A stretch of DNA of 64,000 nt, taken from contig CAWEYG010000003.1 in the NCBI GenBank assembly GCA_963813155.1, forward strand, positions 896,001 to 960,000, written 5' to 3'. This document shows, piece after piece, positions 19,682 through 33,460 of the stretch. Every line of letters begins with the position of its first letter. The first letter of the stretch is position 1. Position numbers and translations under genes: made by a program. The notes below the pieces were generated by a model. The model searched no databases and was not told the DNA's origin. It was given only the letters and a program-made list of their open reading frames with translations. The DNA comes from an uncultured Acidobacteriota bacterium. GTDB lineage: Bacteria > Acidobacteriota > Thermoanaerobaculia > UBA5066 > DATFVB01.

Positions 19682-21263
19682 ATGCCCGGACCTCCCGACT
19701 TCTCCGAGCGCCTCCAGCGAGCCGCGCGCGCGGCCGAAAAGGCCCGGCTGACCGCCGAAGCCGACGATCTGTACCGGCTCGGGTTCGAGATCGACCATTA
19801 CATCCGGGCAAACGGCTTTCCCGGGCGCGATGGATCGCTCGCCCGAATCGCCCGGGCTTCGAAAAATCCGGGAACCGCCGCGGAGCTCGCCGCGCGGGCC
19901 GGAGATCACCTTCTCCTCGGCATTCTTCACCTCGAGGCCGGCCGGCTGGACGAGGCCCGCCGGGAGCTGGACCTCTGCCGGAGCGAGAACCCGTTCGACG
20001 CGGAGGCCGCCGCCTGGCGCGGAAAGCTGAATTTTCTGGAGCACCGGCTGCCCGAAGCCCTGAAAGACTTTCTCGACGCGGAATGGCTCTCCCGCGAGCC
20101 GGGCGCTCCGGCGCCGCAGCAGCTCCGCGCGATCGTCGCCCTGCTGAACCTGTCGCGGGCGCAGCTCGACGCCGCGACACACGAAGCGTGGGAGCGCCTT
20201 TCGCAGGAGGCGATCGGATCCGGCAGCGACTTTCCGGAGGGGAAACGCGGCCTGCGGATCGCCGAGGCGGTCCTGGGCGGCGCCGAGCCCGAGCCGCCCG
20301 GCGAGGTGATCGACCGCGCCGCGCGTTTGAGATCGCTCTCGAGCCTGGCCGATCTCGACGATCGAGCGCTCGTGGAGATCGCCGGAATTGCGGAGATGCG
20401 CCGGTTTCGCGGGGGCGAGCGCGTCTTTCGGGCGCAGGACCCGGCGGCCGAGTTCTTCCTCGTCGTCGAGGGAAGAGTGCAACTCGAGCGGGTCACGCCG
20501 GTCGGCCCTCAGTCCCTCGGCGAAGCGGCGACGGGGGAATTCTTCGGCGTCGCCGAAGCTCTTCTCTCCTCCCGGCGGCTCGCGGAAGCGGTCGCGGCCG
20601 TGGACGCGGTCCTGTTTTCGTTCCCCGCAGACGCGATTTTCGACCGGGCGGGTTCCGCGCCCCTCGCGCCGCGGCTCGTGCGCGATCTGGGCCGCACGCT
20701 CCGGGGCCTCAACGAGATGTTCAAGACCTTCTTCCCGTCCGCCGCCGCGCCCGACGCGATCGCCGCCCCCGCGGAGGCCGGCGAGGCGAAAATCTCGTCT
20801 CACGAGAAAGCGCGCGTGCTTTCGCGGGAGGGGCTCGCGGCCGAAGACCTCGTGCTGTTCGCCACGTTCAGCGCGGAACAGACCTTTGCCGAAGGCGCGG
20901 TGATCTTCCGCGAGGGAGACCCGGGGCCGTGCCTCTACGTCGTGGCGGAGGGAAAGGTCCGCATTTCGCGCCGCCTCCCCGGGCGCGGGAGAGGAGGCGC
21001 TCGCGATCCTCGAGCCCGGAGCGATCTTCGGCGAGACGTCGGTCTTCGACCCGGAACAGCCCCATCGCTCGGCCGACGCCATCGCCCATGAGTCCTGCAC
21101 GCTGCTCGCCCTCGGGCGCGACGTCCTCGAACGCCTTCGCCGCAGCGCCCCCGAGAGCGGCGCCGCTCTGGCCGCCGTGCTCTGCCGCGAGGCGGCCCGC
21201 CGCGTCGTGGACACTTCGGAACGGCTCGTCCACTGGCGAGTGATGGCCGGGCCGTTCGGATGA
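19682..21263 (+). CDS. TPR-like plus tandem cNMP-binding domain protein (frameshift near 20985)
   Basis: Two cNMP folds (VFRAQD..EFFLVVEGRV..GEFFG; IFREGD..LYVVAEGKV..GAIFGE..RSADA); the corrected stop overlaps the next ATG. Confidence 0.75.
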
Positions 21264-23254
21264 GGCTTCGCCTTCCGATTCTCGTCCTGTTCGCCGCGCT
21301 CCCGCTGCGCGCCGAGACGATTCCCGAGGCGGTCGGGCGCTACGAGAACCTCAAGACCGGCGGCGCCGTCGAAGTCTTCGACGCGGAGGTCGGCCTCGGA
21401 CATCTGAAACTCTCCCTGAAACGCGGCGTCGCCGTCACCGTCCTCGCCGGCGACGAACCCGTCGGATTTTTCTTCCGCGGAGAGGGAAGGTTCACCTACG
21501 TCTCCGAAACGCCGGAGGAATTTCCCGTCCTGAAGAACAACCTCTCCGAAGTCTCGCGCTGGAAACCCGTCGAGGAGGCGGGACGCGTGTCCGTCTCGGA
21601 CGCCTTCGCGGAGCTGCTCTGGATCGCTCCCGGAACGCCGCCGCTTCCCGGGAAGCCGTCGACCGCCGGCCTCGATTCGGAATTTCGCCGCCACCGGGAA
21701 AGGTTCGGACGGCTGAAGTCCGACAGCCTCTCCCAGCGGCTCGCCTACCGGCGGGCCGAGAGCCCCGCCGCGAAGCTCGGCTGGGCCGAGATGACGGGCG
21801 GAAAGCACGACGTGCTGTGGCTGTTCGACGGCAGCGAGAGCAGCGACGAGCTGCTGACCGTCCTCAAGAAGCTCGAATTCGACAGCGCCAACTCCCCTTG
21901 GGAATGGGCTCCCCAGGTCGTGTCGGAACAGCCGGTCGGGCGGAAAATCCGGGACGGCGGCCCGAGGCCGCGAATCGCGCTTCTGCGCGTCGAACCGACG
22001 ATCGAGGCGGATGGAGAGGACGCGAAGTTCACCGTCGACGAGACGATCGAAACCCGCGACCGGCCGTCGAAGGTCCTCGGCTTCGATCTTCGCAGCCGCG
22101 TTTTCGCGGGGTCCGCCCTGGACATCCGGCCGCAGCGGCTTCTGCGGGTGCTGTCGGAGGCCGGCAAACCGCTTCCGTTCGACCACCGGCAGGAGCGCCT
22201 CCTCGTCGAGCTCCCGGAGCCGCTCGAGCCGGGCCGCTCCATCGTTCTCCGCTTCGAGATGGAGGGAAAAGTCCTTCATCCCCCGTCGGGGGACAGCTAC
22301 TGGATCCTCTCGTTCGACCCCTGGTTCCCGCGGCCGGCGGTCGGGCGCTCGGAGTTCACGTGGAAGTGCAGCGTGAGAGTCAAGAAGCCGTTCGTGCCGA
22401 TCGTCAGCGGGAAAACAACCGCCCGCCATGAAGAAGGCGCGTGGAACAGCGTGACCGCGGAATTCGACAAGCCGGTTTCCCTGCCGGTCGTCCTCGCGGG
22501 GCGATACAGCATCGAAGAGAAGAGCGTGGACGGCCGAACGATCCGAGTCGCGAGCTACGCTTACACGAACCACCGGGCATCGGAACACCTCGTCACTCTC
22601 GCCTCGCAGATCATCAAGTTCTACGAGCCCTTCCTCGGACCGTTTCCGTTCCCGGAGTTCACGATCGTCGAGATCAACTCTTACGGGTTCGGAGTCGCGC
22701 CCCCGGCGACGATGTTCATCACGCAGGAAGCGTTCTCTCCCCATCGCGACGACGTGACGAAATATTTCTCGAAGAGCCTGAACGCCCGCTTCGCCCACGA
22801 AATCGCGCATCAGTACTGGGGAAATCAGGTCTCGTGGGCGCGGGACGAAGACGAGTGGCTCTCCGAATCGTTCGCAGAGTACTGCTCGGCCGTTCAGGTC
22901 CGGAAAGAAAAGGGCGAATCCTGGTACCGCACGATCGTCGACGACTGGCGAGGCGCGATGAAAGAGGCGGACGGCCACGCGACGCTGCCCACGGCCGACC
23001 GGATCGAGGGAGAGCGGGCGTTTCGCGACCGGACCAACCTGCTGTACGGGCGAGGACCCTACCTTCTCTATGCGCTCCACAGGAAGCTCGGCGACGAGAC
23101 CTTCTTCACGTTTCTGAAGACGTATCAGCGGAACCTGAAATGGAAGGCCGGCTCCACCGCTCTCGTCGAAGATCTCCTTCATTTCCTGACGAAGGAGTCG
23201 TACGCCGGGTTCTTCGACCGCTATTTCTGGGGAACGGAGATGCCTACTCCTTGA
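21260..23254 (+). CDS. Secreted M1 family (gluzincin) metallopeptidase
   Basis: Signal peptide; AHEIAHQYWG..WLSESFAEY; LYGRG. Confidence 0.85.
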   Translation: MRLRLPILVLFAALPLRAETIPEAVGRYENLKTGGAVEVFDAEVGLGHLKLSLKRGVAVTVLAGDEPVGFFFRGEGRFTYVSETPEEFPVLKNNLSEVSRWKPVEEAGRVSVSDAFAELLWIAPGTPPLPGKPSTAGLDSEFRRHRERFGRLKSDSLSQRLAYRRAESPAAKLGWAEMTGGKHDVLWLFDGSESSDELLTVLKKLEFDSANSPWEWAPQVVSEQPVGRKIRDGGPRPRIALLRVEPTIEADGEDAKFTVDETIETRDRPSKVLGFDLRSRVFAGSALDIRPQRLLRVLSEAGKPLPFDHRQERLLVELPEPLEPGRSIVLRFEMEGKVLHPPSGDSYWILSFDPWFPRPAVGRSEFTWKCSVRVKKPFVPIVSGKTTARHEEGAWNSVTAEFDKPVSLPVVLAGRYSIEEKSVDGRTIRVASYAYTNHRASEHLVTLASQIIKFYEPFLGPFPFPEFTIVEINSYGFGVAPPATMFITQEAFSPHRDDVTKYFSKSLNARFAHEIAHQYWGNQVSWARDEDEWLSESFAEYCSAVQVRKEKGESWYRTIVDDWRGAMKEADGHATLPTADRIEGERAFRDRTNLLYGRGPYLLYALHRKLGDETFFTFLKTYQRNLKWKAGSTALVEDLLHFLTKESYAGFFDRYFWGTEMPTP

Positions 23255-25153
23255 TCTCCACGATGTCCTTCCCGGCGGTCGACGCGCAGAGGACGCGGAC
23301 GATCCTGTCGGGTCGGGCCACGCGCCGGATCACGATCTCGTGCACCATCGGTCCCGAGAGCTTGAGGGGCGACGACGGCGTGTACTGCGCAGCGGTTCCC
23401 GCCGGTTTCTCGTCGAGGGTGATTTCCGCAGCCCCGAACTTCGGCGAGAAGTTCACCCCGGCGGTTGTCGCGTAGTCCACCTTCGCGACTTTCTGATACG
23501 CCTCTTTCGTGAGCCGCGTCATGTCGTCGCTGGAGGATTCGACTTCCTTCGGGGCCGACGGATCGGCGACGATCTGAAGGTTCAGGTCTTTGTATCCGGG
23601 CAGCTTCGCATGGACGGCGTGCGTGCCGGCGGAGAAAGGAAAGGCCTTCCCGCCCCCGTGATCGTCCCAATCGTCCGCGACGCCGACGTAGATGCCGTCG
23701 ATGAAGAGCCGCGCCTGGTCCGGGCTGATCTGGAATTTCATTGCGCTGCGCGTGCGATAGACGTGGTCGACCGCCGCGGAAGCATCCGGCGCGGGCCGGG
23801 GGACCGCCGCGGCGGGCGTCTCCGGCGGCGGTTTTCGCGGAACTGGAGGAACGCGCCGTGTCTCTCGAGACGGGAGGCTTCGCATTCGGACGCGGCTCTC
23901 CGATCGCCGGCGACGCGGACACCGGCGCCGTGGTCGGGGACGCGGGCGCCGCGGACGCCACAAGGGTTTCGGACGTCGTCGCCGCCGCCGGCGGAGCGGA
24001 TGCCGACTTCGCCGCGGAGGCCTCCGGCTTCCGGGCCTTCTGGGAGAACTCGCCCGCGAGATACCGCGTGCGCAGCGGCTGGAGAACGACGTACAGAAAC
24101 GCCGCAGCCGCGAGAACGAGCGCGGCCGTTCCAAACAGCAGCGCGCCTCCCCTCTTCTGGACGATCACCGTGGGAGCGGAAGCGCCCGGAGGCGCCGTCG
24201 CCGACCCGGACGCGGCGCGCACCCCGGAGGAACGGGAGAGCAGCCGGTCGCCGGAGCCCGACTCGAGCGCCGGGAAGGGAACGACCGCCGTCGGCAGCGC
24301 ATCGCCGGTGTCCGGGACGAGCCGATCCAGCTCGCGAACGAACTCCCGCGCGTCGAAATGCCGATCTTCGCGCTTCTTGGCGAGCGCCTTTCGCAGCAGG
24401 TCCGCCGCCGCCGGGGAAAGATCCGGTCGAAGCTGGAGCGGATCGCGCGGCTCCGTATGCAGGATCTGGTACATCAGGCTGCTGACGGTGTCCCCGGGAA
24501 ACGGTCGGGAACCGGTGAAGAGCTCGTAGGCGACGACGCCGAGGGAAAACAGGTCGCTTCGGCCGTCGAGAACCTCGCCGCGGATCTGTTCGGGCGACAT
24601 GTAGGAAGGGCTGCCCACGAGCTGGCCCGCCTGCGTGAGCTCGGAGGAGCCGGGCAGCAGACAGTTTTCCGATCCCGAAATCGGACACTTTCGCGACGCC
24701 GTCGGTGCGGATCAGGATGTTTCCCGGTTTCACGTCCCGGTGGATGACGCTGCGCTCGTGGGCGTGCGAAAGCGCCTCGGCCGTCTGGCGAAGGACGAGC
24801 AGCCGCTGCCCGTCGGACAGCGCGACTTCCGGCCGGAGGAACCGCGCGAGCGGGCGCCCCTCGACGTATTCCATCGCGATGAACAGGGTCTCCGCGTCCC
24901 TCCCCACGTCGTAGATCGTGACGATGTTCGGGTGCTGGAGACGCCCGGCGATTTTCGCTTCTTTGAGGAAGCGCGCCTCGACGGCCGCCTGCTGGTCGGG
25001 ATCGGCCGTCGCATCCCTCCGGATGATCTTGATCGCGACGTGCCGCTCGATTTCCGGGTCGATCGCGAGATAGACGGCGCCCATCGCTCCCTGGCCGAGC
25101 GGCCGCTCGAGGCGGAACCGGCCGACGGTCGCGCCGGAGGAAAAGTCCGCCAT
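23244..25153 (-). CDS. Membrane Ser/Thr kinase with C-terminal PEGA-like domain (two frameshifts, near 24655 and 23850)
   Basis: LGQGAMGAVY, HPNIV, HRDVKPGN, SDFG, GSPSYMSPE, TM helix, Pro/Ala linker, PDQARLFIDG..PGY. Confidence 0.85.
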
Positions 25154-25154
25154 C

Positions 25155-25469
25155 CTAGTCCCGCTCCGGCGGGTCCGCCGGCCCGGAATCGGTCAGGATC
25201 GAATCGTCGGCGCCTCCCTTTTTCAGCAGCGCGAACTCCCGCCGTCTCGTTTCCAGCAGCGCGCGGGCCCGCTCCGCGTCGGCGGGGCGCGTGAGAATCC
25301 GAACTCCCGTCATGTCGCCGAAATTCACCGGCTCCATGTGGAAGGTCCGGTTGTCGATCTCAACGTCGATTCCCTCCGACTCCAGGAACCCGCGGATCAG
25401 CCCCGCCTCGGCGTCCTGGGCGACGACCGCGACCTCGACCCACTCTTCTTCAGAACTTCCTTTCGACAT
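25155..25469 (-). CDS. DUF2007 family protein
   Basis: EAGLIRGFLESEGI..DAERARALL pattern. Confidence 0.7.
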   Translation of the reverse strand: MSKGSSEEEWVEVAVVAQDAEAGLIRGFLESEGIDVEIDNRTFHMEPVNFGDMTGVRILTRPADAERARALLETRRREFALLKKGGADDSILTDSGPADPPERD

Positions 25470-25505
25470 TGGAGCTCCTTATCTCACGTTCGGCGCCCTC
25501 GCGCA

Positions 25506-26591
25506 TCAGGATTCCACGGCAAGAGCGGCCGCCCCGCGCGGAACGACGCCGCCCACGACCGCCGCCTCCGGCGCCCCGTTCTCGCGGCAGCGGGCCGCGT
25601 ATTCTTCTCCCCGGCCTTCCGGAACGCACACGAGGAGGCCCCCCGAGGTCTGGGCGTCCGACAGCAGGAGAAATTCGTCGTCGCTCCAGGCCCCGCGCCA
25701 TTCGGTCTTCGCCCGGAAGTTCCGGAAGTTCTTTCTCGAGCCATCGGGCGCGACCCCCTTTCGCGCGATCTCGCGCGCCCCATCGAAGACCGGGATCTTC
25801 GACAGCCGGAACACCGCCGTCGTTCCGGAGGATTCCATGAGGTTCCAGGCATGGCCGAGCAGACCGAACCCGGTGACGTCGGTCGCCGCGCGGACCGAGA
25901 AGGAGGGCATCAGCCGCGACGGTCCGGCGTTCAGCTCCGCCATCTGGTCGGCGAGCTTCTCCAGGACCTCGTCGGTCAGCAGGCGCCGGTGAAACAGCCC
26001 CCCGAGCGAATCGGCCCGCCCCGCGGAGACCATCACGCCGACGCCGAGCGGCTTCGTCAGGACGATCTCGTCGCCGGGCTTCGCGGCTCCGTGCTTCGTC
26101 AACTCGTCCTCGCGCGCAAACCCGGTCGCCGCGAGGCCGTAAATCGGAACGTCGTGGTCGATCGTGTGGCCGCCCGTCACGACCGCTCCCGCCTCGGCCA
26201 CCTTGTCGGCTCCCCCGCGAAGGATCTTTTCCAGGACCGAGAGCGGCAGGACTTCGGAGGGAAACGCGGCGAGCGCCAGCGCGACGGCCGGCCGGGCCCC
26301 CGCGGCGTAGAGGTCCGAAAGGGCGTTCGCCGCGGCAATCTGGCCAAAGCGATAGGGGTCGTCGATGACGGGCGTGAAGTAGTCGACCGTCTGGACGAGC
26401 GCCCTCCCGTCTCCGAGCCGGTAGGCCGAAGCGTCTTCCGAGTGGCCGAACCCGGCGATCAGGTTCGGATCCGCGGAAGCGGGCATCGTTTTCAGCAGCG
26501 CGAGTAGGTCGAACTGACCCAGCTTACAGGCTCAACCCGCGCTGCCGGCAAACGTCGAGAGGGCGGGGATTCCGCCCGGCCGGTCGATCAC
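25506..26591 (-). CDS. selD: Selenide, water dikinase; selenoprotein form with in-frame UGA at 26532-26534
   Basis: Read-through gives GSAG-U-ACKLG at the catalytic C/U position; EDA, QTVDYFTP.IDDP, AANALSD, GGHT, TDVTGFGLLGH, DAQTSGGLL. Confidence 0.92.
26505..26531 (-). promoter_or_regulatory. Candidate bacterial SECIS hairpin
   Basis: UGGGUC-AGUUC-GACCUA stem-loop; the apical loop starts 16 nt after the UGA and has G at loop position 2. Confidence 0.6.
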
Positions 26592-26614
26592 CGGAGCATT
26601 ATAGTTTTTGTGAT

Positions 26615-26794
26615 TTACGGATATTCCTCGCGGAACGTTTCGGAAAGCGCCCGAAGCGCTCGGCCGATGACGTACAGCGAGATCGCTCGCGCGAGAACGC
26701 GGCCCTGCCTTCGCGTCAGGTAGAACCCCAGACCGGCGGCCGCCGTCCAGAGAAACCACCGCCAGGATCGCGTGCCCCGGCGAGAGCGCGGCAT
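26615..26794 (-). CDS. Small 59-aa membrane protein (YqjK-like position); not in the ORF track
   Basis: MPRSRRGTRSWRWFLWTAAAGLGFYLTRR...EEYP*, starting 10 nt after the ElaB-like stop. Confidence 0.55.
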   Translation of the reverse strand: MPRSRRGTRSWRWFLWTAAAGLGFYLTRRQGRVLARAISLYVIGRALRALSETFREEYP

Positions 26795-26804
26795 CCCGGC
26801 GCGC

Positions 26805-27089
26805 TCAGTCGCGCCGCGAGAAGAGCAGCCCGACGAGAAACCCGACGCCGGCGGCGATCGCGAGCGAGGCGACCGGATTCTTCTTCACGTACTTCTTCAC
26901 TTCGCCGGAAACGTCTTCCCACTGGTCGGGCAGCTGGTCGCTCACGCCCTTCCACTGCTTTCTCGCGTCGCCGAGAAAGTCGTCCACGCGTTCCCGCGTC
27001 TTCTTGTAGGAATCTCCGAGATACTCCTTCGTCTGGCCGAGCTTCTCGTCGACGAAATCCTTGGTCTTTTCGAACGTGTCCTTCGCCAT
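26805..27089 (-). CDS. DUF883/ElaB/YqjD family tail-anchored membrane protein
   Basis: YVKKNPVASLAIAAGVGFLVGLLFSRR C-terminus; GGAGG RBS. Confidence 0.9.
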   Translation of the reverse strand: MAKDTFEKTKDFVDEKLGQTKEYLGDSYKKTRERVDDFLGDARKQWKGVSDQLPDQWEDVSGEVKKYVKKNPVASLAIAAGVGFLVGLLFSRRD

Positions 27090-27182
27090 GTCGAAACCTC
27101 CGTAAGAGATCAAGTTTATAGCAAGTCCCTGGCCAGAAAATTCGCTCGTCCATGCTATTTTCGCGTCTCGGAGAGTGCCCCA

Positions 27183-28562
27183 ATGCAAAAGCTGAGCTTC
27201 TTCGGAGCCTGCGGAACGGTGACGGGCTCCAAGTACCTGCTGGAATCGGACGGAAAGAAGATCCTCGTCGACTGCGGCCTCTTCCAGGGAGGGGCGGCAC
27301 TCCGTCAGCTCAACTGGGAACGGCCCCCGGTGGACGCCCGGACCGTCGACGCGATCGTTCTGACGCACGCCCACATCGACCACACCGGCTACCTTCCCCG
27401 TTTCGTCAAGGACGGCTTCAAAGGGCCGGTCTACTGCTCCGCGCCGACCCGGGCCCTCCTGAACTATCTCCTTCCCGACGCCGGGAGGCTCCAGGAGGAA
27501 GAAGCCTCGTACGCGAACCGGAAAGGCTATTCGCGCCACAAGCCGGCTCTTCCCCTGTTCGCGGAAGCCGACGCTCTGTCGGCCCTCAAGCTGCTGCGCG
27601 ACGTCCCGTTCGACCAATCCGCAACCCTCTCTCCCGGCATCGAGTTCTCCCTCCACCGGGTGGGCCACATCCTGGGAGCGGGCTTCGTCCGGATGCAGGC
27701 GGGAAACGTCTCGGTGCTCTTTTCGGGGGACGTCGGACGAAAAGACGTCCCGATCCTGAAAGACCCGGAGCCGATCCTGGCGGCCGACTACGTTCTGCTC
27801 GAATCGACCTACGGCGACCGCAGCCACGGCGACGAATCGCCCCTGACGGCTCTCGCGCGCGTCGCGGCCGACGTGATCGCGAGGCGGGGCATCCTCCTGA
27901 TTCCGGCGTTCGCCGTCGGCCGCACCCAGGAGATCCTGTACTACCTGCGCGAGCTCCAGCGCGCCGGAAAGATCCCCGCGGACCTTCCGATTTTCGTCGA
28001 TTCGCCGATGGCCGTTTCCGCGGTCGAGATCTATCGGGAGTTCACGGGCGAACACGACCTCGAGATGACGCAACTCGAAAACTCCCACGAGTCCCCGATC
28101 GGGGGGCCGACCGTCCGGCTCATGCGAAGCGTCGAGGAATCGAAGTCGCTCAATGGGTTGAAGGGCCCGGCGGTGATCATCTCCGCGTCGGGAATGCTGA
28201 GCGGCGGCCGGATCCTCCACCACCTCACCCAGCGTCTGCCGGACCCCGCCACCACGCTCCTCTTCGTCGGCTACCAGGCGGAGGAGACGCTCGGCCGGCT
28301 GATCGAAGACGGCGCGAAGACCGCGAGGATCCACGGAATGAGCGTCGAGATCCGCGCGCGAATCGAGCAGATTCCGGCGTTGTCGGCCCATGCCGACCAG
28401 GGCGAGCTCGTCGAATGGTTCTCGAAGATCCCCGTCAAGCCGCGCCGGACGTACCTCGTGCATGGAGAGGACGCCGCCCGCGAGGCGCTCGCCGGAAAGC
28501 TTCGCGCGCTTTCGATCGACGTCCGGCTGCCCCTGCGAAACCAATCCGAGGCGCTCGGTTGA
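27183..28562 (+). CDS. MBL-fold beta-CASP ribonuclease
   Basis: [53 protein letters not shown]. Confidence 0.92.
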   Translation: MQKLSFFGACGTVTGSKYLLESDGKKILVDCGLFQGGAALRQLNWERPPVDARTVDAIVLTHAHIDHTGYLPRFVKDGFKGPVYCSAPTRALLNYLLPDAGRLQEEEASYANRKGYSRHKPALPLFAEADALSALKLLRDVPFDQSATLSPGIEFSLHRVGHILGAGFVRMQAGNVSVLFSGDVGRKDVPILKDPEPILAADYVLLESTYGDRSHGDESPLTALARVAADVIARRGILLIPAFAVGRTQEILYYLRELQRAGKIPADLPIFVDSPMAVSAVEIYREFTGEHDLEMTQLENSHESPIGGPTVRLMRSVEESKSLNGLKGPAVIISASGMLSGGRILHHLTQRLPDPATTLLFVGYQAEETLGRLIEDGAKTARIHGMSVEIRARIEQIPALSAHADQGELVEWFSKIPVKPRRTYLVHGEDAAREALAGKLRALSIDVRLPLRNQSEALG

Positions 28563-29727
28563 CGATCGTCCGCAAGGCGCGCCGGGTCGCGATCCAGACG
28601 GCGAAGGGCTTTTTCGGGGACCGCGGGCCCGACCTGGCGGCTTCGCTCACGTTCTCCACTCTCCTCATGGCGGTCCCGCTCGCCGCGACGTTCGCAATCC
28701 TCCTCGCGACGTTCTTTCGGGAGAACGACCTCGCGATCCTCGACGCGGTCAACATGGCCCTTCCCTACCAGAGCGCGAGGATCACCGCGAACCTTCGCGA
28801 GTTCATCGACTCCGCCAAGACGGTTTCGGGCGTGGGGGTGGCGGTTCTCGTCGCGACCTCGCTCCGGCTGATCTTCATCATCGAGGACACGGTCAACCAC
28901 GTGTGGGGAGCGCCCAAACGCCGCCGCCTTCTCGCCCGAATGATCGTGTACACGGTCGGCCTCTTCGCCGGGGCGCTCCTGCTCGGGGTATTCGTTTCCG
29001 GCATCGGCCAGCTTCGCAAGCAGGCCGCGCTCGAGAACATCCTCGCTTCGGCTCTGTTCGGAAGGCTCTTCGCGGCCCTCGTCGTCGCGGCCGCGCTGAC
29101 GCTCCTCTACCGATTCCTGCCGAACGCGCGCGTCTCCTGGGGATCGGCCGCGCTCGCGGCGGTCATCGTCTCGCTCTCGCTTCGCATCATCAAGATCGGG
29201 TTCGCCCTGTACTTCACCCTCTTCCACACGATCAACATCATCTACGGCTCTCTTTCCCTCATCCTCCTTCTCCTGCTGTCGCTCTTTTTCTTCTGGGAGC
29301 TCGTGCTCGCCGGCGTGGAGCTCACGTTCGTGCTCGACGCCGGCGAAGACGCCTCGGCGGATCGTGCCGGGGAGGGACGAGCGGAATCCGCCCTCCGGCT
29401 CCTGATCGCGCTGGCCGGGCACGCCGATCCGGTCCGCATCGACGATCTCAAGCGCGAGCTCGGCCGTTCCGACCTCGAATCGATCGCGAGGCAACTCGCC
29501 GAGGACAAACTCCTCTCCGAGACCGACGGGCAGGGATGGGCCCTCGCGCGAAAACTCGAATCGATCCCCCTTTCCAGGGTCGTGACCGCCGTTTCTCCGG
29601 ATCTGCTCTCGGTGGCGCCCGACGGCCACGACCGGGTCGCGCGAATCCTTCGGCGGCTCTTCCGGAAACAATCCGCCGAGCAGCAGGTTCTGCTCACCCT
29701 CACGGTTGCGGAGCTTTCCTCGCGAAA

Positions 29728-29731
<4 letters not shown>
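28559..29731 (+). CDS. YihY/virulence factor BrkB family membrane protein with C-terminal wHTH-like extension
   Basis: [32 protein letters not shown]; multiple TM segments. Confidence 0.85.
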
Positions 29732-32106
<2,375 letters not shown>

Positions 32107-32133
32107 ACGAGCGAACCTGATAGAATTCGTGGA

Positions 32134-32664
32134 GTGAATCTTCCCCATCGGATCCAGGAGCTCCTCGCCGAGCTTGCCGTTCGCGTCGAGCGGCCCACTC
32201 CGGAGTCGGTGCTGTTGCCGGTCGCGAAAGAGATGGAGCCCTACCTCGGCTGCGTCCAGTTCAGCACGGAGCGGTACATGCGCCACCCCGTTCTGCTGGC
32301 GCCGGAGTGGGAGGTCATGCTCATCGCCTGGGAGACGGGGCAGAAGACGCCGATCCACGATCACCGCGGCGTGATGGGCTCCATGCTGGTTTTTTCCGGC
32401 AGCCTCGTCGAAGAGGTCTTCGACACGCCGGAGGACAAGCCGGCCCTGGTCGAGCGCGCCGATCGCGCCGAGGGCGACGCGTGCCTCACGAGCCCGACGC
32501 TGCTGCACCGCCTCTTCCCGCGACGCGGTCGCTCCCTCTCGCTCCACATCTACCGCCCGCCCCTGCGCGAAATGGGTATCTGGGAGCCGGAGGGAATGAC
32601 CGAGATTCGGGCTTCCGGGTACGACGTGTCCGCCGAGGCGTTCTCGGAACGCCGGCGCGCCTAG
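32134..32664 (+). CDS. Cysteine dioxygenase-like cupin
   Basis: W..GQ.TPIHDH..LHR..SLHIY.PP. Confidence 0.8.
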   Translation: MNLPHRIQELLAELAVRVERPTPESVLLPVAKEMEPYLGCVQFSTERYMRHPVLLAPEWEVMLIAWETGQKTPIHDHRGVMGSMLVFSGSLVEEVFDTPEDKPALVERADRAEGDACLTSPTLLHRLFPRRGRSLSLHIYRPPLREMGIWEPEGMTEIRASGYDVSAEAFSERRRA

Positions 32665-32677
32665 CCCGGGCGCAACC

Positions 32678-33436
32678 TCAAGGTCCCTTTTTCCCGAGCC
32701 CCTTCTCTCCGAGCAGCGACGAGCGCTCGGGCGTTGCCGCCCTGTGGAGACCGAACGCGTCGATCGCATGCTTTCGGATGTGCTCGATCGCCTCGGGAAT
32801 GGAATCCGTCAGCAGGAGAAGGTTCAAGTCGTTCTCGTCAATCGTTTTCTCGGCGACCATGCCTTTCATCAGAACCACGAGCGGCGCCCAGTAAGCCTTC
32901 TCCATCACGACGACCGGAAAAGACAGGATCTTCTTCGTCTGGATGAGGGTCAGCGCTTCGAACAGCTCGTCCAGGGTCCCGATGCCGCCCGGCATTACGA
33001 CGAACGCGTAGGAATATTTCACCATCATGACCTTACGGACATAGAAGTGATGAAAGGTGACCCAGCGGTCGAGGTACGCGTTGGGCGCCTGCTCTTTCGG
33101 CAGCTCGATGTTGCACCCGACGGATGGTCCGCCCGCTTCCTGTGCGCCACGGTTCGCGGCTTCCATGATCCCCGGGCCTCCTCCCGTGAGGACCGTGAAT
33201 CCGAGGCGAACGAGCGCGGCGCCCATTTCCCGCGCGACGCCGTAGTAGGGGTGGTCCTCGTGGAAACGGGCCGAGCCGAAGACGGTCACGCACGGACCGA
33301 CGAAATGGAGGGCTCGAAATCCCTTGATGAACTCGAGAGCGATTCGGATGACCGAAAAGAGCTCGAGTCCGCGGCGCCGAGGCCCCTGAAGGATTGCCTC
33401 CGGCCGGGGATGCTGGGGCTTGCCGAATCTGTCCAC
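32678..33436 (-). CDS. LOG family (TIGR00730) nucleotide phosphoribohydrolase
   Basis: VTVFGSAR, TGGGPGIMEAANRGA, RK, PGGIGTLDE. Confidence 0.9.
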   Translation of the reverse strand: MDRFGKPQHPRPEAILQGPRRRGLELFSVIRIALEFIKGFRALHFVGPCVTVFGSARFHEDHPYYGVAREMGAALVRLGFTVLTGGGPGIMEAANRGAQEAGGPSVGCNIELPKEQAPNAYLDRWVTFHHFYVRKVMMVKYSYAFVVMPGGIGTLDELFEALTLIQTKKILSFPVVVMEKAYWAPLVVLMKGMVAEKTIDENDLNLLLLTDSIPEAIEHIRKHAIDAFGLHRAATPERSSLLGEKGLGKKGP

Positions 33437-33460
33437 GGTCGGATGATAATCTCCCCCTTC

